Assembly (NCBI GenBank): GCA_963674865.2
Contig: CAXXYE010000006.1
Span: 160,001-224,000 of the forward strand
Direction of reading: 5' to 3'
Source: Candidatus Hydrogenedentota bacterium
GTDB lineage: Bacteria; Hydrogenedentota; Hydrogenedentia; Hydrogenedentales; SLHB01
DNA length: 64,000 bases
In this document: positions 49,711-61,426 of the stretch, piece after piece
Layout: each line of letters begins with the position of its first letter
Position numbering within the stretch: the first letter of the stretch is position 1
Translations under genes and position numbers: made by a program
The notes under the pieces: generated by a model
Database searches by the model: none
What the model was told of the DNA's origin: nothing
Seen by the model: the letters and a program-made list of their open reading frames with translations, nothing else

Positions 49711-49738
49711 CTATCGGCCGGCAACGCAAGGGTCTTTA
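49711..49738 (-). promoter_or_regulatory. Putative sigma-28 (FliA/SigD) promoter TAAA-N16-GCCGATAG
   Basis: Minus strand TAAA gacccttgcgttgccg GCCGATAG, about 20 nt upstream of the ATG. Confidence 0.65.
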
Positions 49739-49908
49739 CCAAGGGACCAGGCATTCCTATCTGGAATAAACACTCAGACGCAACGGTTCATGCGCAACTG
49801 AAAGCGAATATCGCGCTCACCGGCGGCATTGCCGGGAATATCGCCCGCATTCTGATGTATAGTGAATACTCGCGATTGCGAATGCTGCGGGAAAAGGAGA
49901 CGACGGCT

Positions 49909-50634
49909 ATGAGTTACGAGATGGAATCGTTCAGCCCTCGGGAGTACACGTTGGCGGATCAGGCCTCGGTGGATGAGCGCGCCGCGTTCATCACCAAGAC
50001 GTATCTCCACCTGTTCGGCGCTATTTTGGCCTTCATCGTTATCGAGGCGCTCCTGCTCAATTCTCCGGCTGCGCCGGCGCTCGTCGGATTCATGCTCACC
50101 TTCGCCGGCGCCTACTCATGGCTCGTCGTCCTCGGAGCCTTCATGCTTGTGTCATTCATAGCGGATCGATGGGCCCATTCGAGCACTTCGCTCTTCACCC
50201 AATACCTCGGGCTCGGCCTCTACGTGGCCGCCGAGGCCGTCATCTTCCTGCCTCTGCTGTTCTTTGCGCGACAATTCGGCGAGAGCGTGATCCCGACGGC
50301 GGGCATCGCCACCGCGGCCACTTTCACCGGCCTGACGGCCGTGGTACTGCTCACGCGCAAGAACTTCTCGTTTCTCGGCCCGTTCCTGGGCGTGGCCGGA
50401 TTCGCTGCGCTCGGATTCATCGCGTGCAGCATCCTGTTCGGCTTCAACCTGGGCACGATGTTCACGGTGATAATGATTGGCTTCGCCTGCGCGTACATCC
50501 TCTACGACACGTCACGCGTGCTGCATGAGTACCATGTCGGCCAGCACGTAGCCGCGGCGCTGGCTCTGTTCGCCGCCGTGGCGCTTCTTTTCTGGTACAT
50601 CCTCCGGTTGGTTATGGCCTTCTCGCGCGACTGA
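49909..50634 (+). CDS. Bax inhibitor-1/YccA family membrane protein
   Basis: ERAAFITKTY.HL, TRKNFSFLG, YILYDTS, AALALFA; about 7 TM; AAGGAG RBS. Confidence 0.88.
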   Translation: MSYEMESFSPREYTLADQASVDERAAFITKTYLHLFGAILAFIVIEALLLNSPAAPALVGFMLTFAGAYSWLVVLGAFMLVSFIADRWAHSSTSLFTQYLGLGLYVAAEAVIFLPLLFFARQFGESVIPTAGIATAATFTGLTAVVLLTRKNFSFLGPFLGVAGFAALGFIACSILFGFNLGTMFTVIMIGFACAYILYDTSRVLHEYHVGQHVAAALALFAAVALLFWYILRLVMAFSRD

Positions 50635-50738
50635 GGCGTTGTTGCAAAACACAGGAATGGCGGACAGTGGCCGTCGCGAACCTGCGGATCAAGAAGGGCG
50701 AGCAGATATGACTGGAGGACGCGGCCGGGGGAGAGGCG

Positions 50739-52160
50739 CTATGTCCCTTTGAACTCCGCAATGAGCGCCTGGATGCTGGCTTTGGCATCGCCGAAGAGCA
50801 TGCGCGTGTTCTCTCTGAAGAAGAGGGGATTGTCCACTCCGGCGAATCCGGAGGCGAGTGAGCGCTTCAGCACAAACACCACCTTGGCGTAGTCGACGTT
50901 GATGATCGGCATGCCGGCAATGGCGCAGTTGGGGTCCTCCCGGGCGGCGGGATTGACGACGTCGTTCGCACCGATGACGAAGGCCACATCCACCGTATTG
51001 ATGATCGGATTGATGTCGTCCATCTCGACAAGCTGCTCGTAGGCCACATTGGCCTCGGCCAGAAGGACGTTCATGTGGCCCGGCATGCGCCCCGCCACAG
51101 GGTGGATCGCGTACTTCACCTCAGTGCCGTGCTCCTCGAGCAGCTCGCCAAGTTCCCGTACGACGTGCTGCGCTTGCGCAACGGCCATGCCGTAGCCAGG
51201 GACAAAGACGACGGAGTCGGCCGCCTCGAGGATCAGATAGGCATCGGCCGGTGTGATGGGTTTCGCCTCACCGTGGGCCGAGACGCTGGCCTTGCCGCCC
51301 GCCGTGCCCAGCCCGCCGAATAGGACGTTGGACAAGGAACGGTTCATCGCCTTGCACATGATGTTCGTCAGGATGATGCCGCTTGCCCCCACGAGAGAGC
51401 CGGAGACGATCAGCACGTTGTTGGAAATGACGAATCCGGACGCACAGGCCGCGAGGCCGGAGTAGCTGTTGAGAAGGCAGATGACGACGGGCATGTCCGC
51501 GCCGCCGATGGGAATCGTCGTCAGTACGCCGAGAACCAACGCAAGCAGCACGGCGGCGATGAACACCAAATACATACCTGCCGGATTGGCAATGTACAGC
51601 ACGCCGCACACGAGGGTGACTACGAAGACCGCCACGTTGAGAAGGTGCTGATTCTTGAAGAGGATCGGCTTGCCCGTGATTCGGCCGGCCAGCTTGGCGT
51701 AGGCCACGACGCTGCCCGAAAACGTCACGCCGCCTATCAACAGCGTCAGAAAGATGGCCACTGCCAGGTACCAGATGGGCGGGTCGCCGGAGAGTAGGCT
51801 TTCGGCCGCCGTCCAGTCCGGGAGGTGCCGCTGATACTCCGCCCATCCGACGAGTAGACTGGCGATACCGCCGAATCCATTGAAGAGAGCCACGAACTCC
51901 GGCATGGAGGTCATAGGAACTCGGATGGCCGCGGCCGCGCCAATAAACCCACCCAGGACAACGCCCGCGATGATGTAGCCGAATCCCATCTCCTGACGAC
52001 AAAGTGTAGCGACAACGGCGACTAGCATCCCGACAGCGGAGAGCATATTGCCGCGGCGGGCCGTCTTCTGGGAACTGAGCATCTTCAGGCCGAAGATAAA
52101 GAGCACGGACGCGATGATGTAGCTCACATTGATGAGTGACGCGCGCAGTGCCGGACTCAC
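50739..52160 (-). CDS. pntB: NAD(P) transhydrogenase beta subunit
   Basis: MTSMPEFVA.FNG.GG, IGGADMPVVI.LLNSYSG, VPGYGMAVAQAQ, HPVAGRMPGHMNVLLAEA. Confidence 0.97.
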   Translation of the reverse strand: MSPALRASLINVSYIIASVLFIFGLKMLSSQKTARRGNMLSAVGMLVAVVATLCRQEMGFGYIIAGVVLGGFIGAAAAIRVPMTSMPEFVALFNGFGGIASLLVGWAEYQRHLPDWTAAESLLSGDPPIWYLAVAIFLTLLIGGVTFSGSVVAYAKLAGRITGKPILFKNQHLLNVAVFVVTLVCGVLYIANPAGMYLVFIAAVLLALVLGVLTTIPIGGADMPVVICLLNSYSGLAACASGFVISNNVLIVSGSLVGASGIILTNIMCKAMNRSLSNVLFGGLGTAGGKASVSAHGEAKPITPADAYLILEAADSVVFVPGYGMAVAQAQHVVRELGELLEEHGTEVKYAIHPVAGRMPGHMNVLLAEANVAYEQLVEMDDINPIINTVDVAFVIGANDVVNPAAREDPNCAIAGMPIINVDYAKVVFVLKRSLASGFAGVDNPLFFRENTRMLFGDAKASIQALIAEFKGT

Positions 52161-52450
52161 GACCTGTCCCCCTTGCCTTTGCCTTTGAACATGGCGAGCA
52201 TACGATCGGTGACAAGGTAGCCGCCGATCACATTGATGGTGGCGAACGCCACGGCGAACATGCCAAGAATCGTGCTCACCCGTTCGTTCTCAATGCTGCC
52301 CGCCGCCACCAATGCGCCCACAATGGTGATTCCCGAGATGGCGTTCGACCCGGACATGAGAGGCGTGTGCAACTGCGAAGGAACCTTCGAGATCAGTTCG
52401 AATCCCAGAAACATCGCGAGGACAAATACAAAAAAGAGCATCACAAGCAT
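52157..52450 (-). CDS. pntAB: NAD(P) transhydrogenase alpha subunit part 2 (membrane)
   Basis: LHTPLMSGSNAISG, INVIGGYLVTDRML.MF. Confidence 0.95.
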   Translation of the reverse strand: MLVMLFFVFVLAMFLGFELISKVPSQLHTPLMSGSNAISGITIVGALVAAGSIENERVSTILGMFAVAFATINVIGGYLVTDRMLAMFKGKGKGDRS

Positions 52451-52524
52451 GATTTCGTGTCCCCTTCCCGGCCGCAACTGCCTCGTCGTTCCCGGATGGC
52501 ATCTTTCATGATCCACGCTCGCAT

Positions 52525-53661
52525 TTATCCCTCCCGACGGGCTCTGATAGCATCGTTTGTGATGGCCCCATCGTGGGTTACGAGGCACCCTCGGAGAATG
52601 TCGCTTTCGAGATCAAGGTTGAGTGCTTTGCGCTCTTCATCCCAGAGGAAATCGATCAGATTGCCCACGTTGGCGGAGTACATCTGACTGGCATGGACGG
52701 GCGTCCGTCCGGCGAGATTCGTCAGCCCAATGATTCTCACGCCGTTAATCTCGACCTCCTCCCCCGGCACAACACCTTCGACGTTGCCGCCCGATTCCAC
52801 GGCCAAGTCGACGATCACGCTGCCCGGCTTCATACCGCGAACCATCTCCGCCGTAACGATCATCGGGGCCCGCCGCCCGAAAAGCTGCGCTGTCGTGATA
52901 ACCACGTCGGCCTGAGCGCACACCTTGGCCATGCCTTCACGTTGTTTGGCCTGTTGCTCCGGCGTCAATTCCTTCGCGTAGCCTTGCTCCGTCTGGCCCG
53001 TTTCGCCCAGATCCACCTTGACGAAGCGAGCGCCCAGAGACCGAACTTCCTCGGCCACGGCCGGCCGAGTATCGAAGGCGTCGACCCGCGCGCCCAGCCG
53101 CCTGGCCGTGGCGATGGCCTGCAAACCGGCAACGCCCGCGCCGATGACGAACATCCGCGCGGGGGATAAGGTACCTGCGGGCGTCATCAGCATCGGCATG
53201 ATCTTGTTGAGCCGCTCCGCCGCGAGGATGACGGCGGTGTATCCGGCCAGGTTAGCCTGTGAGCTGAGGCCATCCATCTTCTGGGCGATAGTCGTGCGAG
53301 GGATCATCTCCATGCTGATGGCGCTGACTTTGCACTGCACAAGTGCGTCTATCAGGCCGGGCTCATTGAAGAGATCAAGGAAGCTGATGTGAACGCAGCC
53401 CTCCTTCAGGCGATCCACTTCCTCAGACGGCGGCTTCCGCACGCGCACCACCACATCCGCATCGGACAGGGCCGCCGCTCGATCCGTGACGATGCCGGCG
53501 CCGGCTTCCGTATAGGCTTCGTCCGGATTCCCGGACTGGGCGCCCGCCGCCGACTCGAGGGCGACATCCATCCCCTTGCCCACTAGCCGGGCAACGGTGT
53601 CAGGAACGAGCGCAACACGCGTCTCGCCGGAAGACGTTTCTCTAGGCGCGAATATCAACAT
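52525..53661 (-). CDS. pntAA: NAD(P) transhydrogenase alpha subunit part 1 (dI)
   Basis: GETRVALVP, AQKMDGLSSQANLAGY, GAGVAGLQAIATA, DLAVESGGN. Confidence 0.95.
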   Translation of the reverse strand: MLIFAPRETSSGETRVALVPDTVARLVGKGMDVALESAAGAQSGNPDEAYTEAGAGIVTDRAAALSDADVVVRVRKPPSEEVDRLKEGCVHISFLDLFNEPGLIDALVQCKVSAISMEMIPRTTIAQKMDGLSSQANLAGYTAVILAAERLNKIMPMLMTPAGTLSPARMFVIGAGVAGLQAIATARRLGARVDAFDTRPAVAEEVRSLGARFVKVDLGETGQTEQGYAKELTPEQQAKQREGMAKVCAQADVVITTAQLFGRRAPMIVTAEMVRGMKPGSVIVDLAVESGGNVEGVVPGEEVEINGVRIIGLTNLAGRTPVHASQMYSANVGNLIDFLWDEERKALNLDLESDILRGCLVTHDGAITNDAIRARREG

Positions 53662-54064
53662 GGCCTCGGACGGATAGCCTCCCATGTGCTATGCCCGCAA
53701 AGGACTTCCGGACGTCTCCACAAGCACCTGTCAAGATGACACGTATGTCCGTTTGCGCACCGCCTACATTCTCTTCCCCCAAGCATTAACCTTCCCTATA
53801 TAAATAGACATTGCGGATGAGGCAAACATTTCTTCAGGGGGTGGATTCTTGCCGAAATCTAGGCACGCCGCATACGGCCAAGGCGCTCCAATGAGGGAAT
53901 GCCACAAACGCGAGCATCACTCGAACCATTTCGGCCCTGCCTAAAGAGCCGCCTCCCGGACAGATCGCTTATGATGTTTATTTGACACACGCGCGCAACC
54001 GGGCGTTACAATGCCCTCAACGAGGATAATATCTGTTAATTGGACTCGAAGGGGAGTACTCGCT

Positions 54065-54685
54065 ATGCCCATGAGCGAGGAGACGTGCCGGGCTATCGAC
54101 ATCTTGCGTTCACTTCGCAGAGCTTCCATTTTTGATCCTTGGACCGCCTCCGAATTGGCGGTTGTCGTGCAGTATGGCGACGAAGCCATCACTGAGAGGC
54201 TGGCAAAGCACTTCCGGCTTGATAAGTCTGAGGAGGACCACGGGAAGATACATGATACGGTGCGGCAGATCGTGTCGGAGATTGCCGAGAGCAAGGGATC
54301 CGTTCCTGCCCTTGCGGGCGTTAGGCACACGCTCGGTGTCCTCAGAAGGAATCACTGGGTGCGCTCCGCCCGAGGGAAAGGATACTGGCTCACCAAATCG
54401 GGGGAAGCCGTATCACTTCTGGACGTCATGAACGCGTGCGGATACAACGCGGCCATCACCAGGTGCTGTCACGAGGGCGAGACAGATGCCTGCTTCTACG
54501 CCTCAACGTGCGCGGCACAGAGATTCTACAAACAGCTCGCCGCCGAACTGGCGTCAGCCTACAGCCGCATAACGGTTGCCGATATTGACAGCGGCGTCAG
54601 TCGCGTCGAGATCCGCGTGCACAGGGAGTCGCCTTCACAGAAGGAAGCCTCCGCGCCGTTTCCTGACGCGCGATCCGCCATATAG
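54065..54685 (+). CDS. Rrf2-family transcriptional regulator with a ~40-aa insertion and three-Cys Fe-S motif
   Basis: LRR..WVRSARG.GYWL....VSLLDV, RCC...C....C, L....ITVAD; N-terminal region longer than in IscR. Confidence 0.75.
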   Translation: MPMSEETCRAIDILRSLRRASIFDPWTASELAVVVQYGDEAITERLAKHFRLDKSEEDHGKIHDTVRQIVSEIAESKGSVPALAGVRHTLGVLRRNHWVRSARGKGYWLTKSGEAVSLLDVMNACGYNAAITRCCHEGETDACFYASTCAAQRFYKQLAAELASAYSRITVADIDSGVSRVEIRVHRESPSQKEASAPFPDARSAI

Positions 54686-54837
54686 CGCGCTACCAAGCCG
54701 CGCACTTGGCATTCCGTATTTCGCTTGGAGACTCTGGACATGGCCGCCGACAAGAGAACGTCCCTAGTCGGATACCTGACTCGGGACGCGGTATAAGCAG
54801 TATCGCCCGAACTCGAACGGGCGTCGTGTTCGCCCCC

Positions 54838-56115
54838 CTAGCGCTTGTCCATCGGCACGAAAGTGCGCTCCTCCTCGCCGATGTAGATCTGCCGGGGCCT
54901 GTGGATACGCGAGTTGGGGTCGTCGTGCCACTCTTTCCAGTGGGCAATCCAACCTGGCATACGGCCCAGGGCGAACATAACCGTGAACATCTGCGGAGGA
55001 ATGCCCATGGCGTGATAGAGGGTGCCGCTATAGAAGTCGACGTTCGGGTAAAGCCTCCGCTTAATGAAGTAGTCGTCACTGAGCGCGATTTCTTCGAGCT
55101 GCTTGGCGACATCCAGCCGGGGATCCGTCACGCCGATCTCGGTGAGCACCTCATCCACAACCTTCTTCAGAATCCGCGCTCGCGGGTCGTAGTTCTTGTA
55201 CACACGGTGCCCGAATCCCATGAGCCGGATACTGGATTTCTTGTCCTTGACCTGCGCCACAAACGATTTGCAGTCGCCGCCATTGGCGACGATCCGATCA
55301 AGCATATCGATCACGGCCTGGTTCGCGCCGCCGTGAAGAGGGCCCCAAAGAGCACTGATGCCCGCCGAGATCGACGCAAACAAATTGGCGTGGCTGCTGC
55401 CGACCATCCGAACCGTCGAGGTACTACAGTTCTGTTCATGATCCGCATGCAGAATGAGAAGCAGATTGAGGGCCCTTTCGAGCACCGGGGACACGACGTA
55501 CTCCTCGGCAGGGGTGGCGAACATCATGCGCAGGAAGTTGGCAGGATACGAGAGCGTCGTCAGGGGGTATATGAACGGGCCGCCTACGGATTTCTTGTAG
55601 GAGAAGGCCGCGATCGTCTTGGCCTTCGCGAGTACTTGGACAATGTTGTGGTCCATGTCTCCGCCCTCGAAGCTGTCCAGGTGATAGGCGGAAAGAGACG
55701 ACATCATCGACGAGAGGATGGCCATGGGATGTGCATTCGTCGGAAACCCCTCGAAGAACTTCAGCATGTCCTCATGGATGAAGCTATCGAGGGTCAGTCG
55801 GCGGCGCCAGTCATCATATTCGTTCGTGGAAGGCAGGTGGCCGTAGATTAGAAGATAGGCGATTTCGGAGAATGTCGCCGACGATTCCGCAATCTGCTCG
55901 ATCGGATATCCACGGTAACGAAGAACCCCCTTGTCCCCATCGATAAACGTGATTGCGCTCTTGCACGAGCCCGTGCTCAGATAGCCCGGATCCAGAGTAA
56001 TGACCCCCGTCTTACTGCGGAGCGCGCCTATCTCAATGCCGACTTCGTTCTCCGAGCCGGCCACAACAGGAAACTCATACTCCTTACCATCTAGAATCAG
56101 TTTCGCCGTCTTCAT
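54838..56115 (-). CDS. gltA: Citrate synthase
   Basis: DPGY, G.LRYRGYPI, HADHEQNCST, GPLHGGAN, GFGHRVYKNYDPRA, YPNVDFYSG. Confidence 0.97.
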   Translation of the reverse strand: MKTAKLILDGKEYEFPVVAGSENEVGIEIGALRSKTGVITLDPGYLSTGSCKSAITFIDGDKGVLRYRGYPIEQIAESSATFSEIAYLLIYGHLPSTNEYDDWRRRLTLDSFIHEDMLKFFEGFPTNAHPMAILSSMMSSLSAYHLDSFEGGDMDHNIVQVLAKAKTIAAFSYKKSVGGPFIYPLTTLSYPANFLRMMFATPAEEYVVSPVLERALNLLLILHADHEQNCSTSTVRMVGSSHANLFASISAGISALWGPLHGGANQAVIDMLDRIVANGGDCKSFVAQVKDKKSSIRLMGFGHRVYKNYDPRARILKKVVDEVLTEIGVTDPRLDVAKQLEEIALSDDYFIKRRLYPNVDFYSGTLYHAMGIPPQMFTVMFALGRMPGWIAHWKEWHDDPNSRIHRPRQIYIGEEERTFVPMDKR

Positions 56116-56242
56116 TGCTACCTCCATTCTTTCTGCGCAAGCAGGTGCCCGGGCCTTGCCCGAGTCGAGGTCTGAGGCCCCGGGCCGCGCTGTAGCCACT
56201 GCAGCCCGCCCGCTCTATCGGGCTTCGCACGCCTGGCAGCGC

Positions 56243-57487
56243 CTACATATTCTCAATGATGGCCGATGCATACTCCGAGGTCTTCAGGAGCGTGGCGCCT
56301 TCCATCAATCTGTGGAGGTCGTAAGTCACACGCTTCTGGATAATCGTTTCTTGTATGGCCTTCTCAACCAGTCTCGCCGCCTCGGACCACCCGAGATGAT
56401 CCAGCATCATGACGCCGGAAAGCATAAGCGATCCCGGATTCACTTTGTCCTGGTCGGCATACTTCGGCGCCGTTCCGTGAGTCGCCTCAAACAATGCGAT
56501 CACATCGCCCAGGTTAGCGCCCGGGGCCATCCCCAAGCCGCCGACCTGCGCGGCGCAGGCGTCGGACAGATAGTCGCCGTTCAGGTTGGGCAGCGCCACG
56601 ACCTCGTACTCGTTCGTCCGCGTAAGCACCTGCTGAAACATGCTGTCAGCGATACGGTCATTGATAACAATCTTCCCATCGGGCGCTTTGCCGCCATGCT
56701 CATCGTACAGCGCCTGCTCCGTGATGGTGTCCGAGGCGAACTCCTCCCGAGCCAACTCGTACCCCCAGTCCCGGAAAGCCCCCTCCGTGAACTTCATGAT
56801 GTTGCCCTTATGGACGAGCGTGACGGTCTTCCTGCCTCTCGCCTTGGCGTACTGGATCGCCTTCCGCACGAGACGCTTAGAGCCGGTGATGCTGATCGGC
56901 TTGATCCCGATCCCCGAGTCCTCACGGATATCGACGCCAAAGGACTCCCGGAGATACTCGATGAGGCGCTTGGCCTCATCCGTGCCTTCCTGCCACTCGA
57001 TGCCGGCGTAGACGTCCTCCGTATTCTCACGGAATATGACGATATCCATGCGCTCTGGATGAGTTACGGGACTCGGAACCCCGGCGTAGTACTTGACGGG
57101 CCGCACACAGGCGTACAGCTCGAGAATCTGCCGCATCGCCACGTTCAAGCTCCGAAATCCCCCGCCGACGGGCGTCGTCAGCGGCCCCTTTATGACAACG
57201 ATGAAGTGCCGGATGGCCTCAATAGTTTCCTTGGGCAAGACTTCGCCATACTGCTCCTGCGCCTTGTCGCCAGCGAAGATCTCACACCAGGCAATCTTGC
57301 GTGCTCCGCCGTAAGACTTCTCCACTGCGGCATCCCAGACGCGGCGCGAAGCGCGCATGATATCCGGGCCGATGCCGTCGCCCTCGATAAAGGGGATAAT
57401 GGGATTATCGGACACCACAAGTCCGCCGTCACGATACTCGATGGTGTCTCCCTGCGTCGGAACCTGAATCTTGTCAAACGATGGCAT
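56243..57487 (-). CDS. icd: Isocitrate dehydrogenase (dimeric, NADP-type)
   Basis: [62 protein letters not shown]. Confidence 0.97.
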   Translation of the reverse strand: MPSFDKIQVPTQGDTIEYRDGGLVVSDNPIIPFIEGDGIGPDIMRASRRVWDAAVEKSYGGARKIAWCEIFAGDKAQEQYGEVLPKETIEAIRHFIVVIKGPLTTPVGGGFRSLNVAMRQILELYACVRPVKYYAGVPSPVTHPERMDIVIFRENTEDVYAGIEWQEGTDEAKRLIEYLRESFGVDIREDSGIGIKPISITGSKRLVRKAIQYAKARGRKTVTLVHKGNIMKFTEGAFRDWGYELAREEFASDTITEQALYDEHGGKAPDGKIVINDRIADSMFQQVLTRTNEYEVVALPNLNGDYLSDACAAQVGGLGMAPGANLGDVIALFEATHGTAPKYADQDKVNPGSLMLSGVMMLDHLGWSEAARLVEKAIQETIIQKRVTYDLHRLMEGATLLKTSEYASAIIENM

Positions 57488-57552
57488 ATCTACAGACTTC
57501 CTTCCTTCCCTAGGACCTCAACAGCCACAACGGAATGCGCCAAGCGGCTCCC

Positions 57553-58489
<937 letters not shown>

Positions 58490-58991
58490 GGCACTTCCTT
58501 TCCAAGAATCCTCCGCAATTCTCCACCATCACGGATTCAACCCTTGCCCTAGGACAAGTGAGCAGCCTGGGAATTCGTTCAGGCAGGAGAAGCTCTATTG
58601 TCGCTTATTCTCGCGGCGGAATCCAGCCCGCGAATCAAAGGACGCTTCAGTAGGCCCGCCCGGAAGTCACGTCATCCAGTTGCGGCGTCGCGAGGAGCAT
58701 GTCTCCTCGACGCCAGCCATGCGGCCGTCACATTCCCCAAGGAGGCCGCCTTCAAAAGCGGCAGGCGAGCCGCAGCGCGATGCTAACATACTGCTATACA
58801 GCAGCTTAGAGCGGGGCGCTCCTGGTAAGCGGGCGCTGGGCAGCTATTGCTCTTGGAAATGAGGTTGAAGTATAAGGGAGGTAAGGTAATGCCTCGTCCG
58901 CAGTGGTGCAATCTGGCGGCACGGGCTGAGCTCGGATTGGCCGGAGGATGCAATCTGCAAAGGGTAGGCAAACGGGCAGGGAGGAAGAGAA

Positions 58992-61409
58992 ATGCGTTGG
59001 TACAGTGTTGGAACGGCGTTAGTTCTTCTTGTGACGATATTGTCATGCATGGATGCCGCCGGACAACCCGGTGTGACGGCCGGCAGCTTCGTGGACCTCT
59101 CGCAGGCGGAGATCGTCGTGTCCGGCGATAGCGCGATTATCGCCAAAGCGGCGCAGATGCTTCAGGAGGAGATCGAAAAACGCTCATCCCTCCGGCTGAA
59201 AATCACAAACAGGGCCGCCTCGGGCGGAGATCCGGCCATCGTCATCGGCACACTCGCCCAGTCAAAGGGCGCCGTTCTCCGCAACAACAGTACAACTGAA
59301 ATCGCAGTCCCCCGACAAAGCCGAGGGATACGCCATCTGGCTCACCGGTAAGACCCTCAGGCTTGTCGGGCATGATGAACGAGGCGCATTGTTTGCCGCA
59401 GGGCATGTGATCCGTCTCGCTCGCTTGGCGGAGAATGTCTTTGAGATGCCCGCAGACGTAGCCATTTCCACCTCTCCCGCGTACGGCATGCGCGGACACC
59501 AGATTGGCTTCCGAAATACCGCCAACAGCTACGACGCCTGGGACTTAGACACTTACGAGCAATACATCCGGGACTGCATAATCTTCGGCGCAAACGCCAT
59601 CGAGCTGATCCCCTCGCTCAGGGAAGGCTACCTGAACGGCCCAGTGATGGAAGTCCCCCAGCGGACGATGAACGTCGAGTTGGCCCGACTGCTGCATTCC
59701 TATGGCCTCGACGTCTGGCTCTTCCTCGCCCTTGGCGGCGACATTGAGCATCCCGAGGAGTGGCAAGAGGAACTCGACGCCCGTGCCGACTTATTCGCGG
59801 CCTATCCGGCTGTGGATCACGTCATGGTGCCTGGGGGCGATCCGGGCCACACGGAGCCGGAGCTTCTGATGCCATGGCTGGCCGAGATGGCAAAGCTGTT
59901 GCGCGCCCGTTTCCCCGAGGCCGGGCTGTGGGTGTCCAATCAGGGATTCACCCGCGAGCAGAACGACGTCTTCTTCCGCTACTTGCAGGAGCATCAGCCG
60001 GATTGGTTGACGGGCGTCGTCTTCGGGCCCTGGACGAAGATCGGCCTGAAGGAGGAAAGGGAGCGGACGCCGGCGAAGTACAAGATACGCCGCTATCCCC
60101 GACATTACCCACAACGTCCGATGCCAGTATCCGGTGCCCGGCTGGGATCGCGCCTTTGCGCAGACAATCGGCCGCGAGTGCGCCAATCCCAGGCCCGCGG
60201 GAACGGCCCACATCCACAATGAGCTCGCCCCGCTCGCGGATGGCTTCGTAAGCTATTCCGATGGGTGCCATGACGATCTGAATAAGATGATCTGGACTGC
60301 CCTCGGATGGGGATCCGGAGGCGGATGTCGCGGACATTGTGAAGGAATACGCCAGAGCCTTTTTCGGCGACGCATACGCCGACGATATAGCGAAGGGCCT
60401 TTGGATGCTCGAGGCGAACTGGCAAGGCCCCGCCGCCGCGAACGAGGGCATCGACGAGACTCTTGCACATTGGCAGGCTATCGAGAAGCGCGCGGGCGAG
60501 GACGTAGCGGGGAACTGGCGTTTCCAACTGCATCTGCTGCGGGCGTTGTGCGACGCGTACATCCGAGCGCGCGTGATCGCGGAAACAGGGCAGGAAGAGC
60601 AGATGTACGCGATGCTCAAAGCGCCCCGCGGGGAAGGCCGCCTGAGAGGGCCGAGATCGCGCCGCGGCGGATTCCGCGAGAGCGTGGCGCCGCGCGTACG
60701 CAAGGATATACGTCGGCGCATCGAAAGGCTTTCTCTGGACATGCTCGACAGCATTGGAATGCAGTTCTCGGTTCTTGAGCCTTATCGCGCTTCCAATACC
60801 GAGCGAGGCGCCATCCTCGATGGAATCGACAGGCCGTTGAACAACCAGCTTTGGCTTGCCAAGCAACTCGGCGAATTGCGAGAAATGGAAGACGAGTCCG
60901 CGCAGGCCGAGCGCATTGAGATGCTAGCCAACTGGGAATCGCCGAAGCCGGGCGCGCTCTATGACGACCTCGGCTGCGCTTGGAGACAGCCCCACCTGGT
61001 GCGGCAAGCGACGTGGGATACCGACCCCGGCTTCGTAGACGGCCCACAGGAAGAGCACAGCGTCGGACTGGACAAGCGCTCGCGCACGGCCACCGATGAA
61101 CGCATGTCCTGGCTGGATCAGGCACAAACGCTGTTCGGCGCGCCTTTGCGCATGCACTACGACGAGTTGGATCCCGGCAAGTCCTACACGCTGCGTGTCA
61201 CCTACGCGGGCCGGTATCGGGCGACGATGCGGCTGGTGGCCGACAACGCCTACGAAATCCACGCAGCCCTCAAACAGCCGGAGTCCATCTGGCCCGTCGA
61301 CTTCCCGGTGCCGCGCGAGGCCACGCAGGATGGCGCGCTTGACCTCGAATGGCAGCTCATTGACGGCCGTGGGTGTCAAGTGGCCGAGGTATGGCTTATC
61401 CCGGAGTAG
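58992..61409 (+). CDS. Exported glycoside-hydrolase-like protein (~804 aa) split by three +1 frameshifts
   Basis: Signal peptide; joining at C-runs 59309-13 and 60097-100 and G-run 60309-12 gives continuous ...EIAVPDKAEGYAIW...GHDERGALFAAG...RYPDITHNVRCQYPV...ALGWDPEADVADIVKEY; N-terminal GH20b/GH67N-like domain. Confidence 0.75.
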
Positions 61410-61426
61410 AGAAGCAACGGCGTTCT

